Origin: the human T2T-CHM13v2.0 reference genome, Homo sapiens
Reading direction: 5' to 3' (one strand)
Assembly: GCF_009914755.1 (NCBI RefSeq)
Contig: NC_060943.1
Length of the DNA stretch: 64,000 nt
In this document: positions 33,584 through 52,689 of the stretch, piece after piece
Numbering within the stretch: the first letter of the stretch is position 1
How the letters are laid out: each line of letters begins with the position of its first letter
Translations under genes and position numbers: made by a program
The notes under the pieces: generated by a model
Databases searched by the model: none
Seen by the model: the letters and a program-made list of their open reading frames with translations, nothing else
Told to the model about the DNA's origin: nothing

Positions 33584-34561
33584 TATTTTCTCTTTAAAAA
33601 AAAAATTTGTTTTTGAGAAAGGGTCTCGCTCTGTCACCCAGGTTGAAGTTCAGTGCTACGATCACAGCCCACTGCAGCCTCAACTTCCCAAGCTCAAGCA
33701 ACCCTGCCTCAGCCTCTCAGTAGCTGAGAACACAAGTGTGAAACCATGCCCAGTTAATTCTTTAAAAAATTTTGGTAGAGGTGGGGTCTCACTATGTTGC
33801 CCAGGCTCTGACTGTATTTTTTTTAACAGAACAAGTCAGTCCACCTGAGTATTAAAATAATTACTTTAGTTAGCACTAAACTAATAACTCTTCACTAAAA
33901 AGAATGAGTCTTTGTAGGGTTTGCACAGTGCCGAGGCCTTTGTCCACATGGCCTCATTCACCCTTCAGAGGACATGCGGCACCATCGCTCCCCACGGTCT
34001 AGACGAGAAAACCTCCAAGGAGGACCAGGGGCTCATGTCAAGTGCAGGGGAGGGTTCAGACCCAGATCTTTCTGACCCCAATGCCCCTTGTTCAGCTAAA
34101 TATCAGCTACCCAGTAGACAGTTCTGGAGTCTAAAAGCCCATTTGCCAGGGAAAAGTATCAGTAAAGATTTTAGCCCAATACCGCTATGGATATATATTA
34201 AAAAGTGAACCTCCAACCCCATAGGGGAAGGAGCAAGGTATGAGGGTCATTTTGGGGAAAATGGATTAGAAGGCAAAGAGGCTCTACACCACCTGGCCCC
34301 CAACCGGGCCCTGCTGTAGACTCCTGCCAGCCAGGTGAGTCATCCGCAGTGTCAGGGCCGGGGACAAGGAGACATTCTCTGCGGCACAGGAAAACCTCAT
34401 GAAAGTTACAGCTTTTTTTTATTTTTTGAGACAGAGTCTCACTCTGTCACCCAGGTTGGAGTGCAGTGGTGCAATCTCGGCTCACTGCAACCTTTGCCTC
34501 CCGGCTTCAAGCATTCATTCCTCTAGCATTTTCACACACTTGTCCTGAGTGTCCACATGCT

Positions 34562-35580
34562 GGACATTCATGAACACCATGACTGTGGACACTTGATGGA
34601 CACCATGACACAGACACCCGATGAACACCATGACCATGACACTCGATGAACACCATGACTGTGACACTCGATGAACACCGTGACTGTGGAACTCGATGAA
34701 CACCATGACTGTGGAACTTGATGAACACCATGACTATGGGACACTCGAACACCATGACCATGACACTCAATGAACACCGTGACCGTGACACTCGATGAAC
34801 ACCGTGACCGTGACACTCGATGAACACCGTGACCGTGACACCCAATGAACACCGTGACCATGACACTTGATGAATGCTGTGACTGTGGAACTTGATGAAC
34901 ACCATGACTATGGGACACCCGATGAACACCATGACCGTGACACTCGATGAACACTGTGACCGTGACACTCAATGAACACCGTGACCGTGACACTTGATGA
35001 ATGCTGTGACTGTGGAACTTGATGAACACCATGACTATGGGACACCCGATGGACACCTTGACTGTGACACTCAAACACCATGACTATGGACACTCGATGA
35101 ACACCATGACTGTGACACTCAATGAACACCATGATTGTGACATTTGAACACCATGACTACAGACACCTGGTGAACACCATGACTATGACACACGATGAAC
35201 ATGACTATGACACTTGATGAACACTATGACTGTGACAATCAATGGACACCATGACTGTAACACACGATGAATGTGACTGTGACACTTGATGAACACCGTG
35301 ACTGTGACACGCGATGAACACCATGACCGTGACACGTGATGAACACCATGACCGTGACACGCGATGAACACCGTGACCGTGACACTCGATGAACACCGTG
35401 ACTGTGACACACAATGAACACCGTGACTGTGACACTCGATGAACACCATGACCGTGACACCCGATGAACATCCCGACAATACATTCGATGAACACCGTGA
35501 CTACTGACATTTGATGAACACTGTGACTATGGACACTGAATGAACAGCATGACTACAGACACCTGATGAACACTATGACA
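34562..35580. repeat. ~1 kb minisatellite, ~40 copies of 25-bp ATGAACACCRTGACYRTGACACTCG, intron 1
   Basis: 25-bp period with variant units and a 127-bp higher-order duplication. Confidence 0.96.
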
Positions 35581-36522
35581 GTGGCAGTACTCCTGTTCCC
35601 ACACTCCCTCCTGTAGGTGGCTATGAAGAAAACAGAACTACAGAGTGAGTGCTATCCAGGCTGCACTGAGCACCGACCGATGAGCCAAAGAGAGGAAGGT
35701 GGAAGGTTCCATACGGGAGCTGGGGCAGAGCAGAGCTGGCCTCAGCTGTACAGCCCTTGCTGGAGACCACCCCAGCCCCTCACTCTCCTCCCTCCTCGCC
35801 AGCATTTCTTTGTCCTCCTGGCAGCCAGAGAGGGGTCTTTTCAAAGTACAGCCCTAACCATGCCATCTCCTGCTCAAAGCCCTCCCAAGGCCCTGCCACA
35901 GCCACATCCCACCGATCCCATCCCCCCGTGTCTATGGCTCCCGTCCCCGCTGCCTGCAAGTGGCTGCTCAGTGACACCCTGGGACGAGCCCTCCTGGAGC
36001 CCCTGTGGCCTGATGCTGATCAGCCTCTGTCCCCTGGTCCTGCTTTTTCTTCTTCCTGGCACCACCCAGTATACACTGCACGTCTGTCCACAGGCCGTCT
36101 CCTCCCTGGTCCCGATGCCCTGAGATGCAGGACCAGCTGCAGCTGCCCAGCTGTCTCCCGGGGCCGCGGCACGTGGCATGCAGCAGGGGCTCCATGCACA
36201 TCTAGGGAGGTCAGGCACATGTGCTGAACGGCGCTTGTGTTGGGGAGGGCTCTGTCAGACACCTCAGCCTGTTTCTCCAAGATTCTCCTGAAGGACCAGA
36301 AATCGGCAGCTCTACAGAAGGATGGACATGTCCCCTGGGACCGCACACGCTCTGATCTGCACCATCGTGGGGTGTTTTCATCTCTCCCAGGAAAAGCAGA
36401 AGGGCCCTATCCATAAAGAAGAAACATTCAGATTCCACAGATCGGCCACTGTGAGATTTGTGTTTCTCTTCTGGAAGTCTCAGAGACTTTACTGGCCAAA
36501 AAGTCGATTAGGAAAGTGGTCC

Positions 36523-41926
<5,404 letters not shown>

Positions 41927-42204
41927 AATGTTTTACATTTAAATTGCATTTATAATGAAGACATATTTAATTTTTGCACATTTGTGGTTTAATGGCATCT
42001 TGTGGTTGAATCCTTTAGATGAGTCGGGGTTCCAGCAGAGAACGAGGCCTGGTACTCTGAGGCCTCCACGTGGGAAGGAATTCCTCTCCCTCCCTGGAGT
42101 CTGGAATGGAGCTCCCCGTGGCCCACTCCCGGGGGACTCCGTCTCTGCAGCTAGTGTCTGTGCTCTGCAGTTTCCAGGCAGAACCCTGATTGGGAAAGGG
42201 GGCT

Positions 42205-43180
42205 GCAGGGTTGCCCCAGGTGGTCATGGCCAAGTACCACGGCTGGGTGGCTTCAGCAACACAGACTTATTTATTCTCTCACAGTTCTGGAGCGTGGATG
42301 TCCTAGATCCAGGTGTCAGCAGGGCCGGTCCCTCTGTGGCTTGCAGACGGCAGTCTTTGCCCTGTGTCCTCACGTGGTTGTCCCTCTGTGCGTGTCTGTG
42401 TTCTAATCTCTTCTTACAGGGATCCAGTCGGATTGGATTAGGGCCCATTCTGCATTGGGCTAAATTGATTAAGTTTAATTCATTTCAACTTAATTCTCTC
42501 TTCAAAGACCCTGGCTCTCCAACTGCACCCTAGACTGGGCAGCATAGTCAGACCCTGTCTCTACAAAATTTTTTTTTTATTACAGAAGTATAAAGGGGGG
42601 CCAGTCATGGTGCCTCACACCTGTAATCCCAGCACTTTGGGAGGCCGAGGCAGGAAGATGGCTTGAACCCAGGAGTTTGAGGCCAGCCTGGGCAACATAG
42701 TGCTACCCTATCTCTATTAAAGAAGAAAATTTCAAAAAAAGAAAAAAAAAAAAGGTAAAACTGCAACATGGTCCCTACAAGGTCACACTTTTGTAATCCC
42801 AGCACTTTGGGAGGCTGAGGCAGGAGGACTGCTTGAGCCCAGGAGTTTGAGGCCAGCCTGGGCAACATGACAAAACCCCATCTTTACAAAAAAAAAAAAA
42901 AAATTAGCCAGGCGTGGTGGTGTGCACCTGTAGTTCCAGCTACTCAGGAGGCTGAGGAAGGAGGGTCACTGGAGCCCAGGAGGTCAAGGCTGCAGTGAGC
43001 CATGATCACACCACTGCACTCCAGCCTGGGAAACAGTGAGATCCTGTCTCAAAAAAAGAAGAGGAAAGAAAAAAACTAAAAATAAGTCAAGACCCTGTCT
43101 CCAAATCCGGGCATATTCAGAGGTACTGAGGGTTAGGACTTCAACACAGGAAGGTGTGGGAAAAGGGCGCGGATTCAGCC
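42205..43180 (-). mobile_element. MLT1-type (MaLR) LTR interrupted by Alus
   Basis: Motifs tttattctctcacagttctggag, ggattggattagggccca, ggttaggacttcaaca. Confidence 0.78.
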
Positions 43181-43223
43181 CCTGATGGCTGCTTCAGGTC
43201 ATGTCCATAATACACTGAAATGA

Positions 43224-43628
<405 letters not shown>

Positions 43629-43829
43629 TGATGTTTTGCCGACTCGAAAAGCCACAGCACCACACAGTTTTTGTGTATGTTGTTAGAAAGGTATGTTTGT
43701 CATGGTGAGCGGGACAGAACATACTGTATTTAACTTTAGCGAGCTTGGTTGGTAATGTTAAAATATGTAGACATATGGTAGGCAGGCTTCCATCTGTACT
43801 TCTGCCCTGGGCCTCCCAAATGTAAAGAC

Positions 43830-44100
43830 TGATTAGTTACATAAGCAGAACACGCATCTTTAAAAAAAGACTGTTTACTTGTTTGAAACTGTCCCGATTC
43901 ATTCACCTTTTTCCCATTTTCCTTACTACATAAGCGGAATGTGCTTCTAAAAGAAGAATAATTGTTTACTTGTTTGAAAATATCACAATTCATTCACCTG
44001 TTTTCCTTAATTACATAAGCAGAATATACTTCTACAGAAAAGACTGTTTACTTTGAAAACATCATGATTCATTCACCTATTATCCGATTGGTGGACATTT
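43830..44100. repeat. Three diverged tandem copies of an ~87-bp AT-rich unit (TACATAAGC..TGTTTACTT..ATTCATTCACCT)
   Basis: Anchor motifs recur at 43837, 43926 and 44011. Confidence 0.85.
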
Positions 44101-44106
44101 ATACTA

Positions 44107-44970
<864 letters not shown>

Positions 44971-45386
44971 CCTCACGTTGTTTCCAATCTTTCGCCATTA
45001 AAGCAATGCTCCAAGGCTTATTCTAGAGTGGCTTCTTGTCCTGCCTGAGCCCTACACCACCCACAAGGCACTAAGAGTCAACGGCAAAGAGGCCGGGAGA
45101 GCTGATTTAGAATCATCAGGCTCCACTCCTGGAGCCGGGACCACCCTCTCCTGAGACATACAGGAGAGGGGCGGAGTCCAAACCAAGCTGGCCAGAAGAC
45201 AGGACAGGATGGAGACTGGGAGGACACCCACAGGCCCTCTCTTTGGTTTTGTACAATCTACAGAGCTCAACAAGAGGGTATGATCGGCCCAAGATATAGT
45301 GCAGGGGCAGGGAAATCCAAGTACGGTTGCAGCTCTAGAGCCCTTTGGACTGAGACCTGCTGCCTCTTTTGTATAAAAAGCTTTCA

Positions 45387-46300
<914 letters not shown>

Positions 46301-46661
46301 AAGCGTTCAGTACTAGATAGTAAATCGTGAGTAGCTTTCTGGGGAGGAAGCTCCATTCTTCTCTGGCTTCCCTGGGTCCTGAGACCTTGCCCCTCCAACC
46401 TGGAGGCCCAGGCGTGCTGAGCAGCACCAGCAGAGGGCTGTGGGGGCAAGTGAACCTCAGGTGGAAGGCTGAGCAGAGTCCTTCAGCCCAGGACCCCAAG
46501 GAAGGAGCAGGAACCTGTGGGGCTTTCTCTATCTGCTCCTGCTGTGCCTCCGCACACAGCTTTGTCTCCACCTGGTGGACACCCCACCTAAGAGGACAGT
46601 GGAGGCGGCTGGTTGGTGAACTGGCTCCATGGCAGAGATCAGACAGCCCATGCAGCAGAGG

Positions 46662-46830
46662 GCAGAGCTTTCCAACTCAGGCCCTTCTGACATTTGGGAC
46701 AACATTGTTCTCTGGGGTGGGGCCGTTCTGGGCCCTGCAGCGTGCTGAGCAGCGTCCCCAGCCTCCACCCACTCCATGCCAGGAGCTCCCCCAAATCGTG
46801 ACAATGACAAATGTTCCCAGACCTTGACCA
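46662..46830 (-). mobile_element. MER20 (hAT-Charlie) fragment
   Basis: Motifs tgacatttggg, cctccacccactccatgccag, gtgacaa..aaatgt. Confidence 0.8.
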
Positions 46831-47689
46831 GTTAAGAACTGATGGTCTAGGACAAGCTCAATGCCAGGGCGTAGCCTTGTGCAGGTGGACAGAGCCAAAG
46901 GCTGCTTCCTGCCTGGTTCAGCCCATACTCTGGAAGGATCCCCAGGATGTTGTAGGCTGGCCTCTGACTTGGAGTCAGGCTTGAGTCAGCACCATGAAGA
47001 CAGTGAATGAAAAAGAACACGCTCTTCTTGTAGACAACCCTGAACAGCAATGCTCAGGCACGCTACAGTTTGGAATCCACTGAGCCAGGGCGCAGGGAAA
47101 ATGGATGTGCGACCAACATGCAGATGGCTGGACGTCCGCTGGCTGAGGGCAGGTCTCAGCATCCCTGCTGGCCTGCAGGGCAACTCCCACTGGTTTCAGT
47201 GTTACACCCTGTGAACGTCACAGCTGTGAGCAGACTGAGGACCTGTGAGGGATACAGGGTCAGGGTGACATCAGGCAAGATACCCTTGACCTCGCCGCAG
47301 GTCCCCACCCTGTCCCGCCACTCTGCTGTCTGATGGCAGGAATGGAGTGCCTCTCCTACACAGATAACAGAGACGCGGGGGCAGAGGCAGCGAAACCCAG
47401 GCACCCTCTGGGAGAAGGAGGGGCATGCCAACTGCTCTGAAGACCCAGGAGGCTCCCCCAGAGGCTGGAAAAGCCCCGGGGAAGGGTGCCTGGGATTTCA
47501 AAGAGGAGGGGCTCGCTGAGAGGAGCGTGGGAGAAATGAGGAGTGCTGGTGGGGCGACTGTCCTGGGTGCTGAGGGACAGAGGTTATCAGGGTGAGGGGT
47601 GACGGGAGGCAGCTCAGGGCTCTCCAGTGCCAGGTAGAACCTGGGATTTATCCTCAGCCATGAGGAGCCACCTGGGCATCTCATGACAA

Positions 47690-48386
47690 GCTTTGGCCTG
47701 AATTACGTCCCCCTGCCCCCAATTCTTATGTTGAAGCCCTAACCCCCATGTGACTGTATTTGGAGATGAGGCCTTCAGGGAGGGAATGAAGGTTATATGA
47801 CGTCATCAGGTGGGGACTGATCTGAGCAGAACTGGGGTCCTTATAAGAAAAGGAAGAGGCCGGGCACAGTGGCTCACACCTCTAATCCCAGCACTTTGGG
47901 AGGCTGAGGCAGGAGGATCACTTGAGCCCAGGAGTTAGACATCAGCCTGGGCAAGATACTGGGATCCCATCTCTACAGAAAAACAACAACAACAACAACA
48001 AAACAAACACACACAAAAAAACCACACTTTGCGCCTGTGGATCCTTGGGAGGCTGAGGTGGGAGGCTCGATTAAGCTCAGGAGATTGAGGCTGCAGTGAG
48101 CTGTGATCTCACCACTGCACTGCAACCTGGATGACAGGGCAGTCTTTTCAAAAAAAAAAAAAAAAAAAAAAAAGAGACACCAGCAGTGCACATGGACAGA
48201 GAAAAAGCCACAGGAGGACACTGTGAGGAGGTGGCCATCTGAAAGCCAAGGAGAGAGCCCTCACCAGAAACCACCCCCTGCTGGCACCTAGATCTCACAC
48301 TTCTGGCCTCCAGAACAGGGAAAAAATACATTTTGTTTAAGCCTCAGTCTGTGGTATTGTTAGGGAAGCCCCAGCCGACCAAGACA
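47690..48386 (+). mobile_element. MLT1A-like LTR with an inserted Alu (47858-48172)
   Basis: Motifs tatgttgaagccctaacccc, gactgtatttggagat, aagccaaggagagagccctcaccagaaacc, tgtttaagcc. Confidence 0.85.
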
Positions 48387-48914
48387 GGTGGAGACGGTTA
48401 GAGAGGGGAGCAGTTAGAGGGAAGGCCCATTAAGGACACGAGACACACAGGGGCCAGAACTAGAGGGGGTGATGGACAGGGGGACAGAACACATGCGCCA
48501 TCATGTCACCGGCAGGAAAGCACAGTCAAAGCCAGCTCTCAGCAGTGTAGGGCTTTACAAACACCTAAAACAGGGCCTGGGAACAGCCAAGAGTAATATG
48601 TGTTTGGTGACTGTGACCACACAGTGACCATGACTCAGGAAGGGAACACTTGGCCTGCCTCATCTCAAGTCATTGCTTGTGACCCCAGAAGCCACCAAAA
48701 CATGCAAATGCATGCACACACACGTGCATGCACACACTGCTGTTCCATTCCACTAAGCATGCTTACACGAGGAAGTAGAGCATGGGCTTTGTCTCCAATG
48801 GGGCAGCCCACATCTTCATGGGTCTCACACCCACTCTCAGGGGAGACCATGGCCTGGCAGAGCCCAGAATTTAAGGGAGGAAGGGAGGGGACAGAAGGGT
48901 TTTTAAGATGGAGT

Positions 48915-49238
48915 CAGCTATGTATGGCCAAATGCGGCCTGCCTGTTTTTGTACAGTACCAAGCTAAGAATGGTTTTTATAATTTTAAGTGACTGGAAAA
49001 AGTTAAAAGGGTAATAATACTTCATGGCATGTGCAAAATTACATGAAATTCACATTTCAGTGTCCAAAAAAATAAAGTTTTATTGGCACACAGCCAAGCC
49101 CACTGGATGACACATTGTCCACGGCTCATCTTGCAATACAATAGCAGGGTTCACTAATGTGACAGACATGGTGTGGCTCACAAAGCCAAAGATATTTACT
49201 ATGTGGCTTTTTACAGAAAAGGTCCGCTGACCTCTGAC
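48915..49238. mobile_element. MER58-like hAT element; carries AATAAA on both strands (49071-49084)
   Basis: Motifs cctgcctgtttttgta, aataaagttttattggcacacagcca, atatttactatgtggctttttacagaaaa. Confidence 0.8.
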
Positions 49239-49950
49239 TCAAAGCAACAATCATTTATTTCACTTGTGATTCTGCAGGCGGGGATCAGCTGGGCAGCTCT
49301 CCTGGCCAGGCGGGGCTCAGCTGGGTGCCTCTTCTGGCCAAGGCGGTGCTCAGCTGGGTGGCTCTTCTGGCCAAGGCGGGGCTCAGCTGGGTGGCTCTTC
49401 TGGCCAAGGCGGGGCTCAGCTGGGTGGCTCTCCTGGCCAAGGCGGGGCTCAGCTGGGTGGCAATCCTGGCAGAGGTGGGGCTCAGCTGGATGGCTCTCCT
49501 GGCCAGATGGGGCTCAGCTGGGTGGCTCTCCCGGCTGAGGTGGGGTTCAGCTGGGTGGCAATCCTGGTGGAGGTGGGCCTCAGCTGGGTGGCTCTCCTGA
49601 CCATGGCTGGGCTTCTCTGCCCCTGGAGGGCAGCTACCTGTTGGATGGGGCACTGTGACTCTTCTCCTTATATCTCCTCCTCCAGCAGGCCAGCCTTGGG
49701 TCCTTCACCAGGCAGGGTCCCATAAGATGGAGCAGATGCAGGCAAGGCCTCTTAAGCTTGGGCACAGGGCAGTCACAGCGTCACTTCCACTGCAGCCAAC
49801 TGTCCAAGGCAGGGCACAAGGAAGCCCAGATGCAAGGGCCGGGGGAGTGGTCTCCACTTCTGGACTGGAAGAGTAGCAAGGACATGGTGGGAAGGGCATG
49901 GATATAAGGGTGGATGAAGGATGAAGGCATTTTGGCAACAATCTGCCACA
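49236..49950 (-). mobile_element. Old MLT1-type LTR remnant hosting the 33-bp repeat
   Basis: Motifs aacaatcatttatt, tgattctg, gggctcagctggg, gtcacttccactgca, aagcccagat, gggcatggata. Confidence 0.65.
49281..49600. repeat. ~10 copies of 33-bp GGGGCTCAGCTGGGTGGCTCTTCTGGCCAAGGC
   Basis: 11-aa periodicity in overlapping ORFs (RRGSAGWLFWP; LSPALARRATQ). Confidence 0.93.
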
Positions 49951-50047
49951 TTGTGGTTTCAGGAGCTGAGCCAGCAAAAACACAGCTCCTGGGAAGAACA
50001 CCCCACAGCATGACTCATCCAGACACCAAAACCAAGGCAGCCCAGGG

Positions 50048-50373
50048 CAGTGGTTCTCAAAGAGGGCAGGTTTTGCCCCCAGGAGACACTGGGTGATGTC
50101 TCAGGACATCTGTGGTTGTCACCACTTGGGGGAGCTCCTGGCATGGAGTGGGTGGAGGCCAGGGACGCTGTTCAGCACCCTGCAGTGCCCAGAATGACTT
50201 CACTGCAGAGAATAATCCAGCCTCAAATGTCAAAAGTGCTGCTGTTGGCCAGGTGCAGTGGCTCACCTGTAATCCCAGCACTTCGGGAGGATCACTTGAG
50301 CCCAGGAGTTGGAGACCAGCCTGGGCAATACAGTGAGACCCCATCTCTTAAAAACTGCTGCTGTTGAGAAACT
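50048..50373 (+). mobile_element. MER20 with an Alu monomer inserted near its end (50247-50354; TSD AAAA(G/C)TGCTGCTGTT)
   Basis: cagtggttctcaa start, gttgagaaac end. Confidence 0.85.
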
Positions 50374-50704
50374 CAGATCTGGGAAGGACAGGCTGGGGTC
50401 CCTGGGGCTGGGGACTAGGGATTAGAGCCTAGCTCTGCAGATGGTCGGCAGCCAACATTGCTGCTTCTGCCAGGTCTCAGATGCGACAGGGAGAGGCCCA
50501 CAGCCCTCCCCGGGTTCCCAGCGTGGGTGGTCACGCTGACTCCCCCTTGCCTTCTCACAGTTTAGAGTCAGATGAAAGCTGTGGCCTCCCGCCCTGCCCT
50601 GATCCCCTGAAAATGACAAAGACAGGTGTGCCTGTAGTTACCTTAGGTTTCCCAGACCCCGGGTTGAGAATCCCTGCTGTCACAGGTGGATCAAAAAGCA
50701 TTTG

Positions 50705-51035
50705 TTGAGGTTAAATGGAAAATTTTGTATTATATATATTTTGCCACCAAAAAAAAAAATTACACTCTAGCACATGCTGCATGGATGAACCTTGAGGACA
50801 TCACACCCCGTGAGAGAAGCCAGACACAAAAGGCCATACAATATGTGATTCCATTTCTACAGAATGTCCAGGAGAGGCCAATCCACAGAGGCAGGAAGGG
50901 GATTTGTGGGTGCCAGGCCCTGAAGGAGGGGTTAAAAGTAATGGCTAATGGAGATGGAGTTTCCTTTTGGGCCGATAGGAATGTTCTGGAATTTGAGGTA
51001 ACAGTCACACAATTCTGTTAATATACTAAAAACCA
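50705..51035 (+). mobile_element. L1MB-like 3' fragment, followed by Alus (51036-51650 plus; 52020-52447 minus)
   Basis: Motifs catggatgaaccttgaggacatcac, agaagccagacacaaaaggccat. Confidence 0.8.
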
Positions 51036-51122
51036 GGCTGGGTGTGGTGGCTCACACCTGTTAATCCCAGCACTTTGGGAGGCCAAGGCAGGAGGATAGC
51101 TTGAGCCCAGGAGCACAGTTCA

Positions 51123-51435
<313 letters not shown>

Positions 51436-52312
51436 TCAAGACCAGCCTGGCCAACATGGTGAAACCCCATCTCTATAAAAATACAAAAAAAATGAGCCAG
51501 GCATGGTAGCAGGCTTGTATAATCCCCAGCTACTCCGGAGGCTGAGGTAGGAGAATTGCTTGAACCTAGGAGGCGGAAGCTGCAGTGAGTTGAGATCGCA
51601 CCACTGCACTCCAGGCTGGGTGACAGAGCGAGACTGTCTAAAAAAAAAAGTCTTGTTCTTTCTAGGCTTTTCTAGCAACTACCACATAACAGGCGCTTCA
51701 CAGCCATCTGCAGAGTCTGATTCAGAGACACCTGTGGTAGCTGAGACCAGCGATCATGTGAACACATCATCTCCGGACCAAAACCAAAAGTCGATTATTC
51801 CAAACATGGTCAGAGCTCAGATTCCTACATCCCAGAGAGAAACCACTCAGAGGCTGACATAGATGACACTAGATGGTTAGGGCAGGGGTCTTGATGTAGA
51901 GCATGTGCCCGTAAACTCTGCAATAAACTCACAGGACAGGAAGTAGCCCTTTTACATTCTTGCAGAGAAAAAGAGTTGGGCAGAAAACAAGAGTTCTTCT
52001 AAACTACATCATTAAGAGGTTTTTTGTTTTAAGAGACAGGGTCTCGCTCTGTCACCCTGGCTAGAGTACAGTGATGCAATCATAGCTCACTGCAGCCTCT
52101 AACTCCTGGGCTCAAGTGATCCACCTCAGCATCCCAAGTAGCTGAGACTACAGGTGTGCACCACCACACCCAGATAATTTTTAAATTTTTTGTAAAGTCA
52201 GGGCCTTGCTTTGTTGCCCAGGCTGGTCTTGAACTGCTGGCCTCAAGCAATCTTCCTGCCTCAGCCTCCCAAAGTGCTGGGATTACAGATGTGAGCCACT
52301 GTGCCCAGCTAA

Positions 52313-52486
<174 letters not shown>

Positions 52487-52689
52487 TAAATCCCAACTTA
52501 GCATGGAAAATCATTTGCATTTTCAGAACAAAGGAGGCCATCTTCTGGCTAAGCTGAAAAAAAAAGTCATTAGAGGCCTTCTGAGGCACCATTTTAAAGA
52601 TGATATTGCTTTTGCGGGTTGCACTATGAGAAATTCTGTGTGTACAAAATACCTGACAGAAAGTGAAAGCAGTCCCGGGCGATCCGGCG

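Noticed and set aside
34507-35510. Repetitive CHGHGVHRV ORFs on the minus strand
   Set aside because: The 25-bp unit is not a multiple of three and simply lacks stops; no coding evidence
34562-35580. CRISPR-like array
   Set aside because: Units are contiguous with no unique spacers and no cas genes, in a human intron; it is a minisatellite
46427-46440. CTCF-like motif CCAGCAGAGGGCTG (also CCGCCAGGCGGCA at 20737)
   Set aside because: Partial matches are expected by chance in GC-rich DNA; unsupported without ChIP data
46985-47006. REST/NRSE-like site TCAGCACCATGAAGACAG
   Set aside because: The right half-site and the spacing deviate from the canonical RE1; looser matches near 31255 and 52745 are weaker still
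49173-49653. 11-aa repeat proteins in several frames
   Set aside because: A by-product of a stop-free 33-bp VNTR inside an LTR remnant
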